DNA of 64,000 bases from Candidatus Uhrbacteria bacterium (GTDB lineage: Bacteria > Patescibacteriota > Patescibacteriia > UBA9934 > GWF2-40-263). Under the pieces are notes generated by a model. It had not been told where the DNA came from, ran no database searches, and was given only the letters and a program-made list of their open reading frames with translations. Positions 18,484-27,940 of the stretch are shown in pieces (position 1 is the stretch's first letter; each line of letters starts with the position of its first letter). The position numbers and the translations under genes were made by a program. The DNA lies in contig JACQSK010000015.1 in the NCBI GenBank assembly GCA_016205975.1, forward strand, positions 10,624 through 74,623. Reading direction: 5' to 3'.

Positions 18484-19845
18484 ATGACAGCATCGGTCTT
18501 GCCCGATGCGCTCGGGAAGGATAGAGTGTCACACGATATGTCCGACGTTTTCAAAATTACGGGCGGCGCGCCGCTCAAGGGAGAGATGGCGGTTTCGGGC
18601 GCGAAGAACGCGGCGTCTAAAATGATGATCGCTTCGCTCCTCACCGACGAGCCTGTCGTGCTCACGAACGTTCCGCGCCAGCAGGAGACGGAGATCACCC
18701 ATGAGATCATTTCAACCGTCGGCGCCAAGGGGCACTGGCAGGACGAACATACGCTGGTTGTGCGCACGTCGTCGATCGCGTCCAATCACGTGGCCGAGCT
18801 CAGCCGCAAGAACAGGATCAGCGTGCTGGCGATCGCGCCTCTCTTGCATCGCACGGGCGAGGCGTTCGTGCCGCTCTTGGGCGGCGACAAGATCGGCGCG
18901 CGACCAGTCAACTTTCACATCCAGGCGCTCCAGACTCTGGGCGCCGTGATCGAAGAAACGCCTGACGGTTACCGCGCCACCTCGAAGGGGAGGCTCAGGG
19001 GCGGGCTGATCGAGTTTCCGTATCCGTCGGTGATGGCGACCGAGACCGCGATTCTCGGGGGCGTACTGGCTGAAGGCCGCACCGTCATTCGCAACGCCGC
19101 GGGCGAGCCGGAGGTGAAGGCGCTCATCATGATGCTGCAGAACATGGGCGCGATCATCCAGATCAACTCTGGGCGCTTGATTGAAATCATCGGCGTGGAA
19201 AAATTGCATGGCACCAGCGCGCGCATCATGCCCGACCGCATCGAGGCGGCTTCCTACGGCGCGATGGCCGTGGGCACGCGCGGCGAGATTTTTGTGCGCG
19301 GGGCAGAGCACGAGCACATGATCACGTTTTTGAATGCCGTGCGAAAAATTGGCGGCAGCTACGAAGTGCAGACGGACGGCATTGTGTTTCGCGGAGCAGA
19401 ATCGTTGAAAGGCATCGAGCTGGAGACAGACACGCATCCGGGATTTATGACCGACTGGCAACAGCCGTTTGTGGTGTGCCTGACTCAAGCGCGCGGCACG
19501 AGCGTCGTGCACGAGACGGTCTATGAGGAACGCTTCGGCTACACGAGCGCCCTCAAAAACATGGGCGCAGATATCACCCTCTTCAGCAACTGCCTGGGCG
19601 AGATGGCTTGCCGCTTCCGCGGGCAAAATTATAAACACTCGGCCGTGATTACGGGACCGGCCAAACTTCGCGCGGCCGAAGTCGAAGTCCCCGACATCCG
19701 TGCCGGCCTCGCCTTTGTGGTCGCGGCGCTCGTCGCAGAAGGGACGTCCACCCTTACCGGTATTCATCATCTCGAACGCGGGTACGAGCGGCTGGAGGAG
19801 AAATTGAAAGGCGTTGGCGCGAGGATTGAACGCGTGGTAGAGTAA
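18484..19845 (+). CDS. murA: UDP-N-acetylglucosamine 1-carboxyvinyltransferase
   Basis: EPSP-synthase fold with a MurA-type N-terminus (KITGG...LKGEMAVSGAKNAA). Alternative start MSDVFKI at about 18538. Confidence 0.9.
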   Translation: MTASVLPDALGKDRVSHDMSDVFKITGGAPLKGEMAVSGAKNAASKMMIASLLTDEPVVLTNVPRQQETEITHEIISTVGAKGHWQDEHTLVVRTSSIASNHVAELSRKNRISVLAIAPLLHRTGEAFVPLLGGDKIGARPVNFHIQALQTLGAVIEETPDGYRATSKGRLRGGLIEFPYPSVMATETAILGGVLAEGRTVIRNAAGEPEVKALIMMLQNMGAIIQINSGRLIEIIGVEKLHGTSARIMPDRIEAASYGAMAVGTRGEIFVRGAEHEHMITFLNAVRKIGGSYEVQTDGIVFRGAESLKGIELETDTHPGFMTDWQQPFVVCLTQARGTSVVHETVYEERFGYTSALKNMGADITLFSNCLGEMACRFRGQNYKHSAVITGPAKLRAAEVEVPDIRAGLAFVVAALVAEGTSTLTGIHHLERGYERLEEKLKGVGARIERVVE

Positions 19846-19864
19846 CAGCACTAACCTTATTTTT

Positions 19865-20413
19865 ATGGCAAAAGGCGATACAAGAGGGACTCATGATTTT
19901 TATTCTGGGCGCTTGAACGAACGGGACGTCTTGGGAGAGTTTAGGGGCACGTCTGAGTATGGGGCGGCTTTCCGTGAAGCGGCGAACGAGCGAGGGTATG
20001 TGACCTACGACAGAGCCATGGAGCTGGTGCGCCGGTACAGCTCAGAGGATCCTCTCAATCCCAAAAAGCCGTTTGCCCGAGAGCTGCGCTTGGCCGTTTT
20101 GGATGAACTCGGTTTTGAAGAGGATGCGGACACGGATCGCGTGAAGTTTTATTCAGCCGTCGGAACGCCGCTGGACGTGTTTCACGGCGTGGACGCTTGG
20201 ATCGAGCTCGTGACGCAAAGGGGGAGACGCCATGCCGTGACGCTGGACGTCACGATGAATCCTGGCAAAGAAACTCACAAAGCGGACGTGATCGTCCAGG
20301 CCATTCCTGATCCCAGTGAAGATGAAAAAGGATTCCTCGACGCGGTCTACCAGATCTACGGCCCTGAGGTGGCGCAGAGACTTCGGGATGCAGAAATTCA
20401 AAAAAGCGCTTAG
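19865..20413 (+). CDS. Hypothetical protein (182 aa)
   Basis: ORF ends within a palindromic terminator. No family recognised. Confidence 0.5.
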   Translation: MAKGDTRGTHDFYSGRLNERDVLGEFRGTSEYGAAFREAANERGYVTYDRAMELVRRYSSEDPLNPKKPFARELRLAVLDELGFEEDADTDRVKFYSAVGTPLDVFHGVDAWIELVTQRGRRHAVTLDVTMNPGKETHKADVIVQAIPDPSEDEKGFLDAVYQIYGPEVAQRLRDAEIQKSA

Positions 20414-20424
20414 CGCTTTTTTTG
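20397..20424. terminator. Bidirectional-type terminator palindrome AAAAAAGCGC-TTA-GCGCTTTTTT
   Basis: GCGC stem extended by complementary A/T runs on both sides. Confidence 0.45.
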
Positions 20425-20489
20425 GTAGGAGCCATTGACAAAGGTCTTCGATTCAATTATGGTCTCGCGTCATTGCCGTGGAGGTCGAC

Positions 20490-20822
20490 ATGGGACGAAT
20501 GATCCGCTCAGGGCGGCGAGCGCAGGCTCCTCCGCTGTGCTCGGTGTGCGATGCGCGAGGGAAGCAGGAGCCGATCCTGTTGTGCGTGGATTGTGCGCAT
20601 CCGGATCGGGTGCGGACCTACTGCGCCGCTTGCCATGGGCGTTTGGACTTGTCGCTCGGGCAGGCACAGGAATTGTTTCTGCGCGCCGGACTCACGGTGC
20701 GACGGACTGGAGTCGTCTTCTTCTATGCGGACGGCTGTCCGGAGTGTTGCCCGGACGCAGGGTCGGACCCGGACGTCTATGTACTCAATACGGAGGAAGA
20801 ACTTCTCGACGGCGCCGCGTAG
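20490..20822 (+). CDS. Small Cys-rich (zinc-ribbon-like) hypothetical protein
   Basis: Four CxxC pairs (CSVC...CVDC...CAAC...CPEC). ATG at 20490 chosen over the upstream GTG at 20478. Confidence 0.45.
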   Translation: MGRMIRSGRRAQAPPLCSVCDARGKQEPILLCVDCAHPDRVRTYCAACHGRLDLSLGQAQELFLRAGLTVRRTGVVFFYADGCPECCPDAGSDPDVYVLNTEEELLDGAA

Positions 20823-20848
20823 CCTGAGGCTGCGCGGTTTTTTTGTTT
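20806..20848 (+). terminator. Intrinsic terminator overlapping the stop of the Cys-rich ORF
   Basis: 10-bp stem CCGCGTAGCC/GGCTGCGCGG with loop TGA, then TTTTTTTG. Confidence 0.55.
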
Positions 20849-20849
20849 C

Positions 20850-21557
20850 ATGCTAAACTATAGTCATCACACTATGTTTCTCAACCTTTTTTTCGGCGCG
20901 CCGGCGGTCGGACTTGCGTGGCTTGTGGCCATTCTCTTGTCGCTGACGATTCATGAGTTTTCCCACGCGGCCGTAGGCAAGCTCGTCGGAGACAAGACGG
21001 CCGAGCGGGAAGGGCGGCTCACGCTCAATCCTGTCGCGCACATTGATCCCATGGGATTCATCTTGCTCTTGTTGTTTGGGTTCGGCTGGGCCAAGCCCGT
21101 GCCGTACAACCCCTACAACCTCAAGGACCCGAAGTGGGACTCGGTAAAGATTGCGCTGGCGGGTCCGCTCTCGAATCTCGCGGTTGCGGTGGTGGCGGGC
21201 GTGATGTTCCGTCTGTTGGTTGGCGGCGGCGCAATCGAGAGCTTAAATCTGCTCGCGGTTTTTTTGTTCCTGACGATTCTCCTCAATCTGTTCCTTCTGT
21301 TCTTCAATGTGATTCCCGTGCACCCGCTGGATGGTTCCAAACTTTTTTTCGCGCTGTTTGATCAGCCAAAGCATGCCGCCCTGCGCGCGGCTGTTGCCCA
21401 GCAGGGCCCGCGCGTGCTCATGATCGCGGTTCTCCTCTCCGCCTTCACCTCGCTCAACGTCTTCTTTTTTGTGAGCGGCCCGGCATTCGTGACCTGCAAC
21501 GCGCTGCTTGGCCAAAGCTGCGGCGGCTACTTTTCGTCGATTTTTTCCTTACTCTAA
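20850..21557 (+). CDS. Site-2 protease family (peptidase M50) membrane metalloprotease
   Basis: HEFSH (HExxH) motif in TM1 and a downstream LDG motif. Alternative start MFLNLFF at 20874. Confidence 0.75.
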   Translation: MLNYSHHTMFLNLFFGAPAVGLAWLVAILLSLTIHEFSHAAVGKLVGDKTAEREGRLTLNPVAHIDPMGFILLLLFGFGWAKPVPYNPYNLKDPKWDSVKIALAGPLSNLAVAVVAGVMFRLLVGGGAIESLNLLAVFLFLTILLNLFLLFFNVIPVHPLDGSKLFFALFDQPKHAALRAAVAQQGPRVLMIAVLLSAFTSLNVFFFVSGPAFVTCNALLGQSCGGYFSSIFSLL

Positions 21558-21624
21558 CGCCCCTAAAGGGGCTTTGGACTCAGCTTCAGTTCAGCCTCAA
21601 TTCAAAGGGCCTTTAGGCCCGTTC
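21556..21624. repeat. Intergenic palindromic element, copy A: GCCCCTAAAGGGGC ... CTCAATTCAAAG ... GGGCCTTTAGGCCC
   Basis: Two 5-bp GC hairpins with TAAA/TTTA loops flank a core shared with the element at 57897-57960. Confidence 0.6.
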
Positions 21625-21626
21625 CT

Positions 21627-22004
21627 GTGAACTCCGACGACCCAAAACACAACCTCACCCCTGCGCAATACAACATCTGTTTCCTCAAGGGAACCGAGCC
21701 GCCGTTCTCGGGCAAGTATGACGATTTCCATGAGGACGGGATGTACGTCTGCGTTGCCTGTGGCACGCCGCTGTTTTCGTCGGAGGCAAAATTTGATTCC
21801 GGCACGGGCTGGCCGAGTTTTACTGACGTTGTGCAGAAGGGGAACGTGAAGCTCGTCGAGGACTCCACTCTCGGGATGCGTCGCACCGAAGTCCAGTGCG
21901 CCACGTGCGGCGCGCACATGGGTCATGTGTTCGACGACGGCCTCGCGCCCACAGGCAAGCGGTACTGCATCAATTCCCTCGCGCTTGATTTTCAGAAAAA
22001 ATAA
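21627..22004 (+). CDS. msrB: Peptide-methionine (R)-S-oxide reductase
   Basis: SelR-domain motifs CVACGTPLF...GWPSF...RTEVQCATCGAHMGHVF. Confidence 0.9.
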   Translation: MNSDDPKHNLTPAQYNICFLKGTEPPFSGKYDDFHEDGMYVCVACGTPLFSSEAKFDSGTGWPSFTDVVQKGNVKLVEDSTLGMRRTEVQCATCGAHMGHVFDDGLAPTGKRYCINSLALDFQKK

Positions 22005-22028
22005 ATGGTATCCATTCATGCGAAAAGA

Positions 22029-22062
22029 AAAAGCCCTCGACTCTGTCGAAGGGCATGAGGGC
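22029..22062 (-). terminator. Intrinsic terminator (minus strand) for the 22074-22931 gene
   Basis: Minus-strand hairpin GCCCTTCGAC...GTCGAGGGC followed by TTTTTCTTTT. Confidence 0.5.
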
Positions 22063-22073
22063 GTCCGTGGACG

Positions 22074-22931
22074 CTAGCGGGGCGCGAGCCAGGAGCGCAG
22101 GTTCGCCGTGACGCTGTCCGCGCGCTGGATGAACGCCTCGGCGATCACGGGAGCGCGCTCGCGCAGGAGGTCATTGCCGGCCTCCTCCATGAGCTGCACG
22201 CACAGGTCGAAGAACGGGTGGGCGTGGGTGATCCCCGCGCTCAGGAGGAACTCGTTCGCGCGCAGCGGCGGGGCGTTGATCAGGGAGAGGATCTCGGCAT
22301 GCAGCTTCGTGCTCTCGTCATCGCGCAGTGCACAGCCATGAGCCTTGAGCTCTTGGATCGCGCGATCGAGTGCCGTCGCGAGACCTTCCTTGGCTCCAGG
22401 CGCTTGCATCGAGGACGGCATCTGGACGTGCCTGGGACAGCGCACCACCAAGCGCAACTCGCGCGGGTCGATCGTCTGGCCGTCGTGCACCATCCTGAGC
22501 AGCTTCGCGTGCACGCCGCGGTCGACGGCGTCCTGGAGTTGTGCCCGGGTGGGCAGCGCGCGTAGCAGATCCTCGAGCTCTTCGAACACGACGCCCAGGT
22601 CGCGGCGCATCAGGCTGAAGAGGAATCGCGCGGCATCCTTGTCCTGTGCGAGCGTCACCAGGTCGCCGAACTGGTGCACCTTCCAGATGTAGGAGCCGGG
22701 CACCTTGGGCGCCGGGTTTTCTTTCAGGCGCTCGCGCAGAACCGCGGTGAGCGGGCCGTCGTTGCCGTCGCTGGGCACGAGGAAGAGCTGCGGGTCTTCA
22801 CCGTCCTTGATCTGCAGACGCACGGTCAGGACCGGGTCGCTGGGATCGGTGAGGCCGGAGTGCGCGAGCAGGGCAGGGGAAATGAGACTCAGCATGGGCT
22901 GGCTCCTGTGGAAGTTCCAGTTGAATGACAC
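22074..22931 (-). CDS. Hypothetical protein (285 aa; probable start MLSLISPALL at 22893)
   Basis: Long ORF of ordinary composition. Overlapping + strand ORFs are Arg-rich artefacts. Confidence 0.55.
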   Translation of the reverse strand: MSFNWNFHRSQPMLSLISPALLAHSGLTDPSDPVLTVRLQIKDGEDPQLFLVPSDGNDGPLTAVLRERLKENPAPKVPGSYIWKVHQFGDLVTLAQDKDAARFLFSLMRRDLGVVFEELEDLLRALPTRAQLQDAVDRGVHAKLLRMVHDGQTIDPRELRLVVRCPRHVQMPSSMQAPGAKEGLATALDRAIQELKAHGCALRDDESTKLHAEILSLINAPPLRANEFLLSAGITHAHPFFDLCVQLMEEAGNDLLRERAPVIAEAFIQRADSVTANLRSWLAPR

Positions 22932-23048
22932 GCCTCAGGATAAGGCCAAGTCGAGGTCAGGGTAGCCAAAACCTCGAAAGACGTCAAGATCACCACTCAG
23001 TGTTATCCTCACTTCCATTCCACCATTCTTGACCTTTTTTGACTCTCC

Positions 23049-23077
23049 GTGATAATCTCCAGGCGCTTTTCTTTTCG
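23049..23077 (+). promoter_or_regulatory. Candidate sigma70-like promoter of the str operon (TTGACC-17-GATAAT)
   Basis: Hexamers and spacing seen directly, 35 nt upstream of the rpsL ATG. Confidence 0.35.
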
Positions 23078-23111
23078 ACTCCTTATTTCCAACCTCCAAC
23101 AACCACTATTT

Positions 23112-23540
23112 ATGCCAACCGTAAACCAACTCATCCGAAAAGGACGACACCCTAAGTCGTACAAGAGTAAGTCGCCAGCGCTGCAATATACGCTCGACTC
23201 TTTGCATCGCAAGCGCACCCCGCTTGCCCATGGCAGCTCTTTCAAGCGCGGCGTGTGCGTGAAGGTGACGACCATGACGCCAAAGAAACCGAACTCCGCC
23301 ATCCGCAAAATCGCGCGCGTGCGCCTTTCCAACGGCACGGAAGTTAACGCGTACATTCCCGGTGAGGGACATAACCTCCAAGAGCACTCCATCGTGATGC
23401 TCCGCGGCGGGCGCGTGAAAGATTTGCCTGGCGTGCGCTATCACATCGTGCGCGGCGTGTTCGACACCCAAGGCGTGGACGGCCGCCGTCGCGGTCGGTC
23501 GAAGTATGGCATGAAGAAGCCGAAGGAGAAGAAAAAATAG
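23112..23540 (+). CDS. rpsL: 30S ribosomal protein S12
   Basis: [13 protein letters not shown]-terminus and PKKPNSA motif. The track ORF was trimmed to the conserved ATG. Confidence 0.95.
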   Translation: MPTVNQLIRKGRHPKSYKSKSPALQYTLDSLHRKRTPLAHGSSFKRGVCVKVTTMTPKKPNSAIRKIARVRLSNGTEVNAYIPGEGHNLQEHSIVMLRGGRVKDLPGVRYHIVRGVFDTQGVDGRRRGRSKYGMKKPKEKKK

Positions 23541-23686
23541 CAGAGATCTCAGTAGCAAGTAGCTAGTAGTTGGAAGCAAGTATACTTGCTACACGCTACT
23601 AACTACCGACGACCTTATTTATTAACATCAACCGTCGGAGTACCTCACGCATGGGGGAAGCCAACCGATGAGATAACGTCAAAATT
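23541..23686 (+). promoter_or_regulatory. Nested palindromic structure in the rpsL-rpsG spacer; possible S7 autoregulatory target
   Basis: GTAGCAAGTA...TACTTGCTAC 10-bp inverted repeat, a 16-nt perfect palindrome AGCAAGTATACTTGCT, and a GTAGTT/AACTAC pair, all seen directly. The S7 role is by analogy with E. coli str mRNA feedback. Confidence 0.35.
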
Positions 23687-24157
23687 ATGCGAGGTAAGCA
23701 AGCGCCAAAGCGGGAGATCGATCCCGACCCGAAGTTCGGAAACATTCATGTCGCCAAATTGATTAACAGCATCATGCACGACGGAAAGAAATCCGTCGCG
23801 CGTTCGGTTGTCTACGACGCCTTTGATCTGATGGCCGAGAAGACGAAACTCGAACCGCTCGAGGTCTTCGAGCGCGCCATCAAGAACGTCATGCCCAGCT
23901 TGGAAGTGAAGAGCCGCCGCGTGGGCGGAGCCAACTACCAGGTGCCAATGTCCGTGCGCGGCGAGCGCCGGTATCTGTTGTCGTTCCGTTGGATCATCAC
24001 CGCCGCGCGTTCCAAGAAAGGCCGTGGGATGGCGGAACGCCTGTCCGATGAACTCGTCGCCGCTTCCAATAACGAAGGCGATGCGGTGAAAAAGAAACTC
24101 GACGTGCAGCGCATGGCAGAAGCCAACCGCGCGTTTGCTCATTTTGCTAAGCGCTAG
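23687..24157 (+). CDS. rpsG: 30S ribosomal protein S7
   Basis: Full-length S7 homology. Confidence 0.95.
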   Translation: MRGKQAPKREIDPDPKFGNIHVAKLINSIMHDGKKSVARSVVYDAFDLMAEKTKLEPLEVFERAIKNVMPSLEVKSRRVGGANYQVPMSVRGERRYLLSFRWIITAARSKKGRGMAERLSDELVAASNNEGDAVKKKLDVQRMAEANRAFAHFAKR

Positions 24158-24160
24158 CCT

Positions 24161-26254
24161 ATGCCACGAGAATATCCGCTTGCCGCCACAAGGAACTTTG
24201 GAATCTTCGCGCATATCGACGCGGGGAAGACGACCGTGTCTGAGCGCATTCTTTTTTACACGGGAAAAAAGCACAAGATCGGCGAGGTACACGAAGGCGC
24301 CGCCACCATGGACTGGATGGAACAGGAGCGCGAGCGCGGCATCACCATCACCGCGGCGGCGACGACCTGCTTTTGGAAAGACCATCGCTTGAACCTGATC
24401 GATACGCCTGGGCACATTGACTTTACCGTTGAGGTGAAGCGCTCCATGCGCGTGCTGGATGGCGGCGTGGCTGTGTTCGACGGCGTCGCGGGCGTGGAAC
24501 CGCAGTCGGAAACCAACTGGCGCTACGCGGACGACTTCAAGGTCCCGCGCATTGCCTTTGTGAACAAGCTCGACCGCACGGGCGCAGATTTTTATAAGGA
24601 CCTCGACTCCATCCACCGCCGACTGACCAAAAATGCGCATCCGATCCAGCTTCCCATAGGCACAGAAGCAAACTTTGCCGGCGTGATTGACTTGCTGCAC
24701 ATGAAGGCGCACATCTACAAAGATGATTTGGGGAAAGACGTGGAGGTCGGGGAGATTCCCGCCGAGTACCTGGACCGCGCCAAGGAATATCGCGCCAAGC
24801 TCGTGGAGGCCGTTGCCGAGAACGACGAGGCGCTCATGAACAAGTATGTGGGTGGCGAGGAGATCAGCATTGAAGAGATGAAGCCGGTGATCCGCAAGGC
24901 AACCATTGCCAACACATTCGTGCCGGTCATGTGCGGTTCGGCTTTGAAGAACAAAGGCGTGCAGCTCTTGCTCGATGCCGTCGTGGACTATCTGCCCAAT
25001 CCGCTGGAGGTGCCTCCTGTGATCGGACATGATCCAGACGACATGGAGAAAGAACTCGTGCGCCATGCCTCTGACGAAGAGCCGTTTTCGGCGCTCGCCT
25101 TCAAGATCGCGGCAGACCCGTTCGTAGGTAAGCTCGCGTTCTTTCGCGTGTACTCCGGCATGGTCAAGGCGGGTTCGTATATTTTGAACTCCTCCACGGG
25201 AAACAAGGAACGCGTCGGCCGCATCGTGCGCCTGCACGCCAACACGCGCGAGGAAGTGGGAGAGGTCTATGCCGGGGAGATCGCCGCCATGGTGGGCTTG
25301 AAGGAAACCTTCACCGGTCACACGCTGTGCGATCCAGATCACCCAATCGTGCTGGAGGCGATCAGCTTTCCCGAGCCGGTTATTTCCATTGCGATTGAAC
25401 CCAAGACCAAAGCCGACCAGGAAAAGATGGCCATCGCCCTGCAGAAGTTGTCTGAGGAAGATCCGACGTTCCGCGTGCGGACGGATGAGGAGACCAACCA
25501 GGTCATCATCTCGGGCATGGGCGAGCTGCACTTGGATATTATCGTCGATCGCATGAAGCGCGAGTTTTCGGTCGAGTGCAACGTCGGCCAGCCGCAGGTC
25601 AGCTACCGTGAGACCGTGAAAGGAAGCGCGGAAGGGGAAGGCAAGTACATCCGTCAGACCGGCGGGCGAGGACAGTATGGCCACTGTTTGGTGCGTATTG
25701 AAAAGCTGCCGCCTGGTTCCGGCGTCCAGTTTGAAGAGGAGGTCAAGGGCGGCACGATTCCTCGCGAGTACTTCAACCCGATCGAGAAAGGCATTCGCGA
25801 GGCGGCTGATCGCGGGGTCATGGCCGGGTATCCTCTGCTGGATTTGAAAGTGACGCTCACCGACGGGTCCTACCACGAGGTTGACTCCTCAGAAGCGGCC
25901 TTCAAGATCGCCGGGTCCATGGCGTTCCAGGACGCGGCAAAGAAAGCCGGCGTGGATCTCTTGGAGCCGATGATGAAAGCGGAAGTGTCCACGCCAGAGG
26001 ACTTCATGGGATCGGTCGTGGGAGATTTGAATGCCAAGCGCGGACAGATTCAAGAGATGTCGGACCGCAGCGGCGCCAAGATCATCACCGCGTTCGTGCC
26101 ACTGGCTGAGATGTTCGGCTATGCGACGAGCTTGCGCTCGATGACGCAGGGCCGTGCCAGCTATTCGATGGAGTTTGATCATTACGATGTGGTGCCTGGG
26201 AACGTCGCGAAAGAGATCGTTGAGAAACGCGGAAGCGGACCCACGCGAGCGTAA
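24161..26254 (+). CDS. fusA: Elongation factor G
   Basis: [10 protein letters not shown]1 motif, DTPGHIDF motif, 697 aa. Confidence 0.95.
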   Translation: MPREYPLAATRNFGIFAHIDAGKTTVSERILFYTGKKHKIGEVHEGAATMDWMEQERERGITITAAATTCFWKDHRLNLIDTPGHIDFTVEVKRSMRVLDGGVAVFDGVAGVEPQSETNWRYADDFKVPRIAFVNKLDRTGADFYKDLDSIHRRLTKNAHPIQLPIGTEANFAGVIDLLHMKAHIYKDDLGKDVEVGEIPAEYLDRAKEYRAKLVEAVAENDEALMNKYVGGEEISIEEMKPVIRKATIANTFVPVMCGSALKNKGVQLLLDAVVDYLPNPLEVPPVIGHDPDDMEKELVRHASDEEPFSALAFKIAADPFVGKLAFFRVYSGMVKAGSYILNSSTGNKERVGRIVRLHANTREEVGEVYAGEIAAMVGLKETFTGHTLCDPDHPIVLEAISFPEPVISIAIEPKTKADQEKMAIALQKLSEEDPTFRVRTDEETNQVIISGMGELHLDIIVDRMKREFSVECNVGQPQVSYRETVKGSAEGEGKYIRQTGGRGQYGHCLVRIEKLPPGSGVQFEEEVKGGTIPREYFNPIEKGIREAADRGVMAGYPLLDLKVTLTDGSYHEVDSSEAAFKIAGSMAFQDAAKKAGVDLLEPMMKAEVSTPEDFMGSVVGDLNAKRGQIQEMSDRSGAKIITAFVPLAEMFGYATSLRSMTQGRASYSMEFDHYDVVPGNVAKEIVEKRGSGPTRA

Positions 26255-26261
26255 AATACAA

Positions 26262-26285
26262 AACAGAGCTTCGGCTCTGTTTTTG
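26262..26285 (+). terminator. Intrinsic terminator immediately after fusA
   Basis: AACAGAGC-TTCG-GCTCTGTT hairpin followed by TTTT, starting 8 nt after the stop. Confidence 0.6.
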
Positions 26286-26308
26286 GTTGTGCTAAAATCT
26301 ACCCGTCT

Positions 26309-27340
26309 ATGAAAACTGTTCCGAAAAGCGTCCTTGGCGCCTACGCGATTGGGGCCGTCCAGTCGATCACGCAGGTGACGGCAGGGCTGGTCCACGAGAC
26401 GTTCGCGGTCAAGACCGATCAGGGACGCTACATCATCCAAAAACTCCATCCAGTGCTCGCGAGCAAAGCGATCGGAGAGGACTTCTTCGCCGTGACCGAG
26501 TTTTTGCGATCGCAGAAATTCTTGTCGCCTGTGTGCGTCCGCACAAAAAAGGGAGAGGTGCTTTCCGTGGACCAGACAGACGTCTGGCGGATGCAGACGC
26601 TGTTGCCTGGACGGACGATTCACGTAATCGAGAGTCTTATCATGGCTCGAGAGGCTGGGCAGATCTATGCCAGGTTCCACAAAGTCATGGACAAGATGGA
26701 CTATCGGTTTAAGTCAAAGAAGATTTTGCACGAGACGGAGAAGGTGTACGAGGCACTAGGGAAGGCGACAAAGGGGGCAGAGGGCGCAAAGGGAGCTGAG
26801 GTCGCACAGGAGGTTGCGTTCATCCGTCGGAATCTGCCGGAGTTTTTCCTACCTGCGGATCTCCCGCTGCGCGTCATCCATGGTGATCCAAAGATTTCCA
26901 ATATTTTGTTTGACCGCCACGGCAGGGCCAAGGCCATTATTGATCTTGATACCTGCAATCGTCGTCCGCTCCTTGTAGAACTTGGGGACGCGTTCCGTTC
27001 GTGGTGCGGTGGGCGAGAGGACGATCCGAGCAATACGTTCTCGCTTTCACGATTCCGCGCTGCGTGGAAGGGCTATGAGGCTGGCGCACAGGGATTTCTG
27101 ACCCGACGCGAGCGTCAGCTCGTGCCCCGCGCGATCGGTACGATTACGCTTGAGCTCGCTGCACGCTTCCTTACCGATTACTTTACCGACAACTACTTCG
27201 GTTGGGATGCCTCTCGTTATCCGTCTCGAGCTTCTCATAATCTCGCACGAGCCCGCGGCCAAATCGCAGAGTTTAAGGATTATCAAAAGAAGCTTCCGCA
27301 GATCAAGAAGATCGTGGAAGTACAGCCCACGGTAAGATGA
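26309..27340 (+). CDS. Phosphotransferase-family (APH/choline-kinase-like) small-molecule or protein kinase
   Basis: Brenner motif HGDPKISNILF and IDLDTCNRRP (DFG-equivalent) in a 343-aa protein. Confidence 0.7.
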   Translation: MKTVPKSVLGAYAIGAVQSITQVTAGLVHETFAVKTDQGRYIIQKLHPVLASKAIGEDFFAVTEFLRSQKFLSPVCVRTKKGEVLSVDQTDVWRMQTLLPGRTIHVIESLIMAREAGQIYARFHKVMDKMDYRFKSKKILHETEKVYEALGKATKGAEGAKGAEVAQEVAFIRRNLPEFFLPADLPLRVIHGDPKISNILFDRHGRAKAIIDLDTCNRRPLLVELGDAFRSWCGGREDDPSNTFSLSRFRAAWKGYEAGAQGFLTRRERQLVPRAIGTITLELAARFLTDYFTDNYFGWDASRYPSRASHNLARARGQIAEFKDYQKKLPQIKKIVEVQPTVR

Positions 27341-27362
27341 ATATCTACACGTGCGGTTAATG

Positions 27363-27391
27363 TTGACGGTAGGTGAAAGATATCGTATGAT
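27363..27391 (+). promoter_or_regulatory. Sigma70-like promoter (TTGACG-17-TATGAT) for TA module 2 and the downstream genes
   Basis: Hexamers and spacing seen directly. A palindromic ATGATAA...TTAATCAT candidate operator lies between -10 and the ATG. Confidence 0.4.
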
Positions 27392-27418
27392 AATTTCATA
27401 CTTAATCATCACTACCCT

Positions 27419-27640
27419 ATGTCCACCATCTCCGTGCCGCTTACAGGACCTCTCGAGCAGTTTATCGATGACATGATTCGTCGGGGGGCTGCGCCTAATA
27501 AAGCCGAAGTTGTCCGACAGGCGCTTGTTCGTTTTGCAGAGGATCAGGCGGTTGAGGCGGTTCTTCGTTCTGAACAAGAAGCGCGAGATGGAAAAGTTTT
27601 GCGCGGCGATTTACGTGACCTCATAAAACAGGTGACGTAG
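27419..27640 (+). CDS. Ribbon-helix-helix (ParD/CopG-like) type II antitoxin
   Basis: Small RHH-like protein sitting 4 nt upstream of a RelE-family toxin. Confidence 0.65.
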   Translation: MSTISVPLTGPLEQFIDDMIRRGAAPNKAEVVRQALVRFAEDQAVEAVLRSEQEARDGKVLRGDLRDLIKQVT

Positions 27641-27644
27641 ACTT

Positions 27645-27908
27645 ATGGACGTTTCCTACACGCCGTCCTTTATTCGCATGTTGAAATCGCTCCCAGACGT
27701 ACTGATTGATGAAGCGTTAGAGAAAATAGCATTGTTTCGAGATCCGACGAACCACAAACAACTGAAAGTTCACAAGCTCAGTGGTCGCTTGAAAGGTCGT
27801 TACAGTTTTTCCGTGAACTACAAAATTCGAATCGTTTTTAATTATCTCCCTACAGATCCTAAACAAGCACGACTCGACGCGATAGGTGATCATCGTGTTT
27901 ATGATTAG
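27645..27908 (+). CDS. RelE/YafQ-family toxin (paralog 2)
   Basis: HKLSGRLKGRYSFSVNYKIRIVF...AIGDHRVYD. Confidence 0.75.
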   Translation: MDVSYTPSFIRMLKSLPDVLIDEALEKIALFRDPTNHKQLKVHKLSGRLKGRYSFSVNYKIRIVFNYLPTDPKQARLDAIGDHRVYD

Positions 27909-27940
27909 GATGAGTCTCCAAACACAACTCTGCAAATGCG

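Noticed and set aside
23645-25876. 743-aa ORF on the minus strand covering the fusA region, plus many other long minus-strand ORFs (10327-11802, 12696-13586, 28046-29128, 35439-36287, 40169-41020, 4136-4840, 25889-26680) and the + strand ORFs 17245-17964, 16116-16910 and 22218-22565
   Set aside because: Each lies antisense to a gene with unambiguous homology on the other strand. The translations are Arg/His/Gly/Asp-rich low-complexity sequences typical of spurious ORFs in high-GC DNA.
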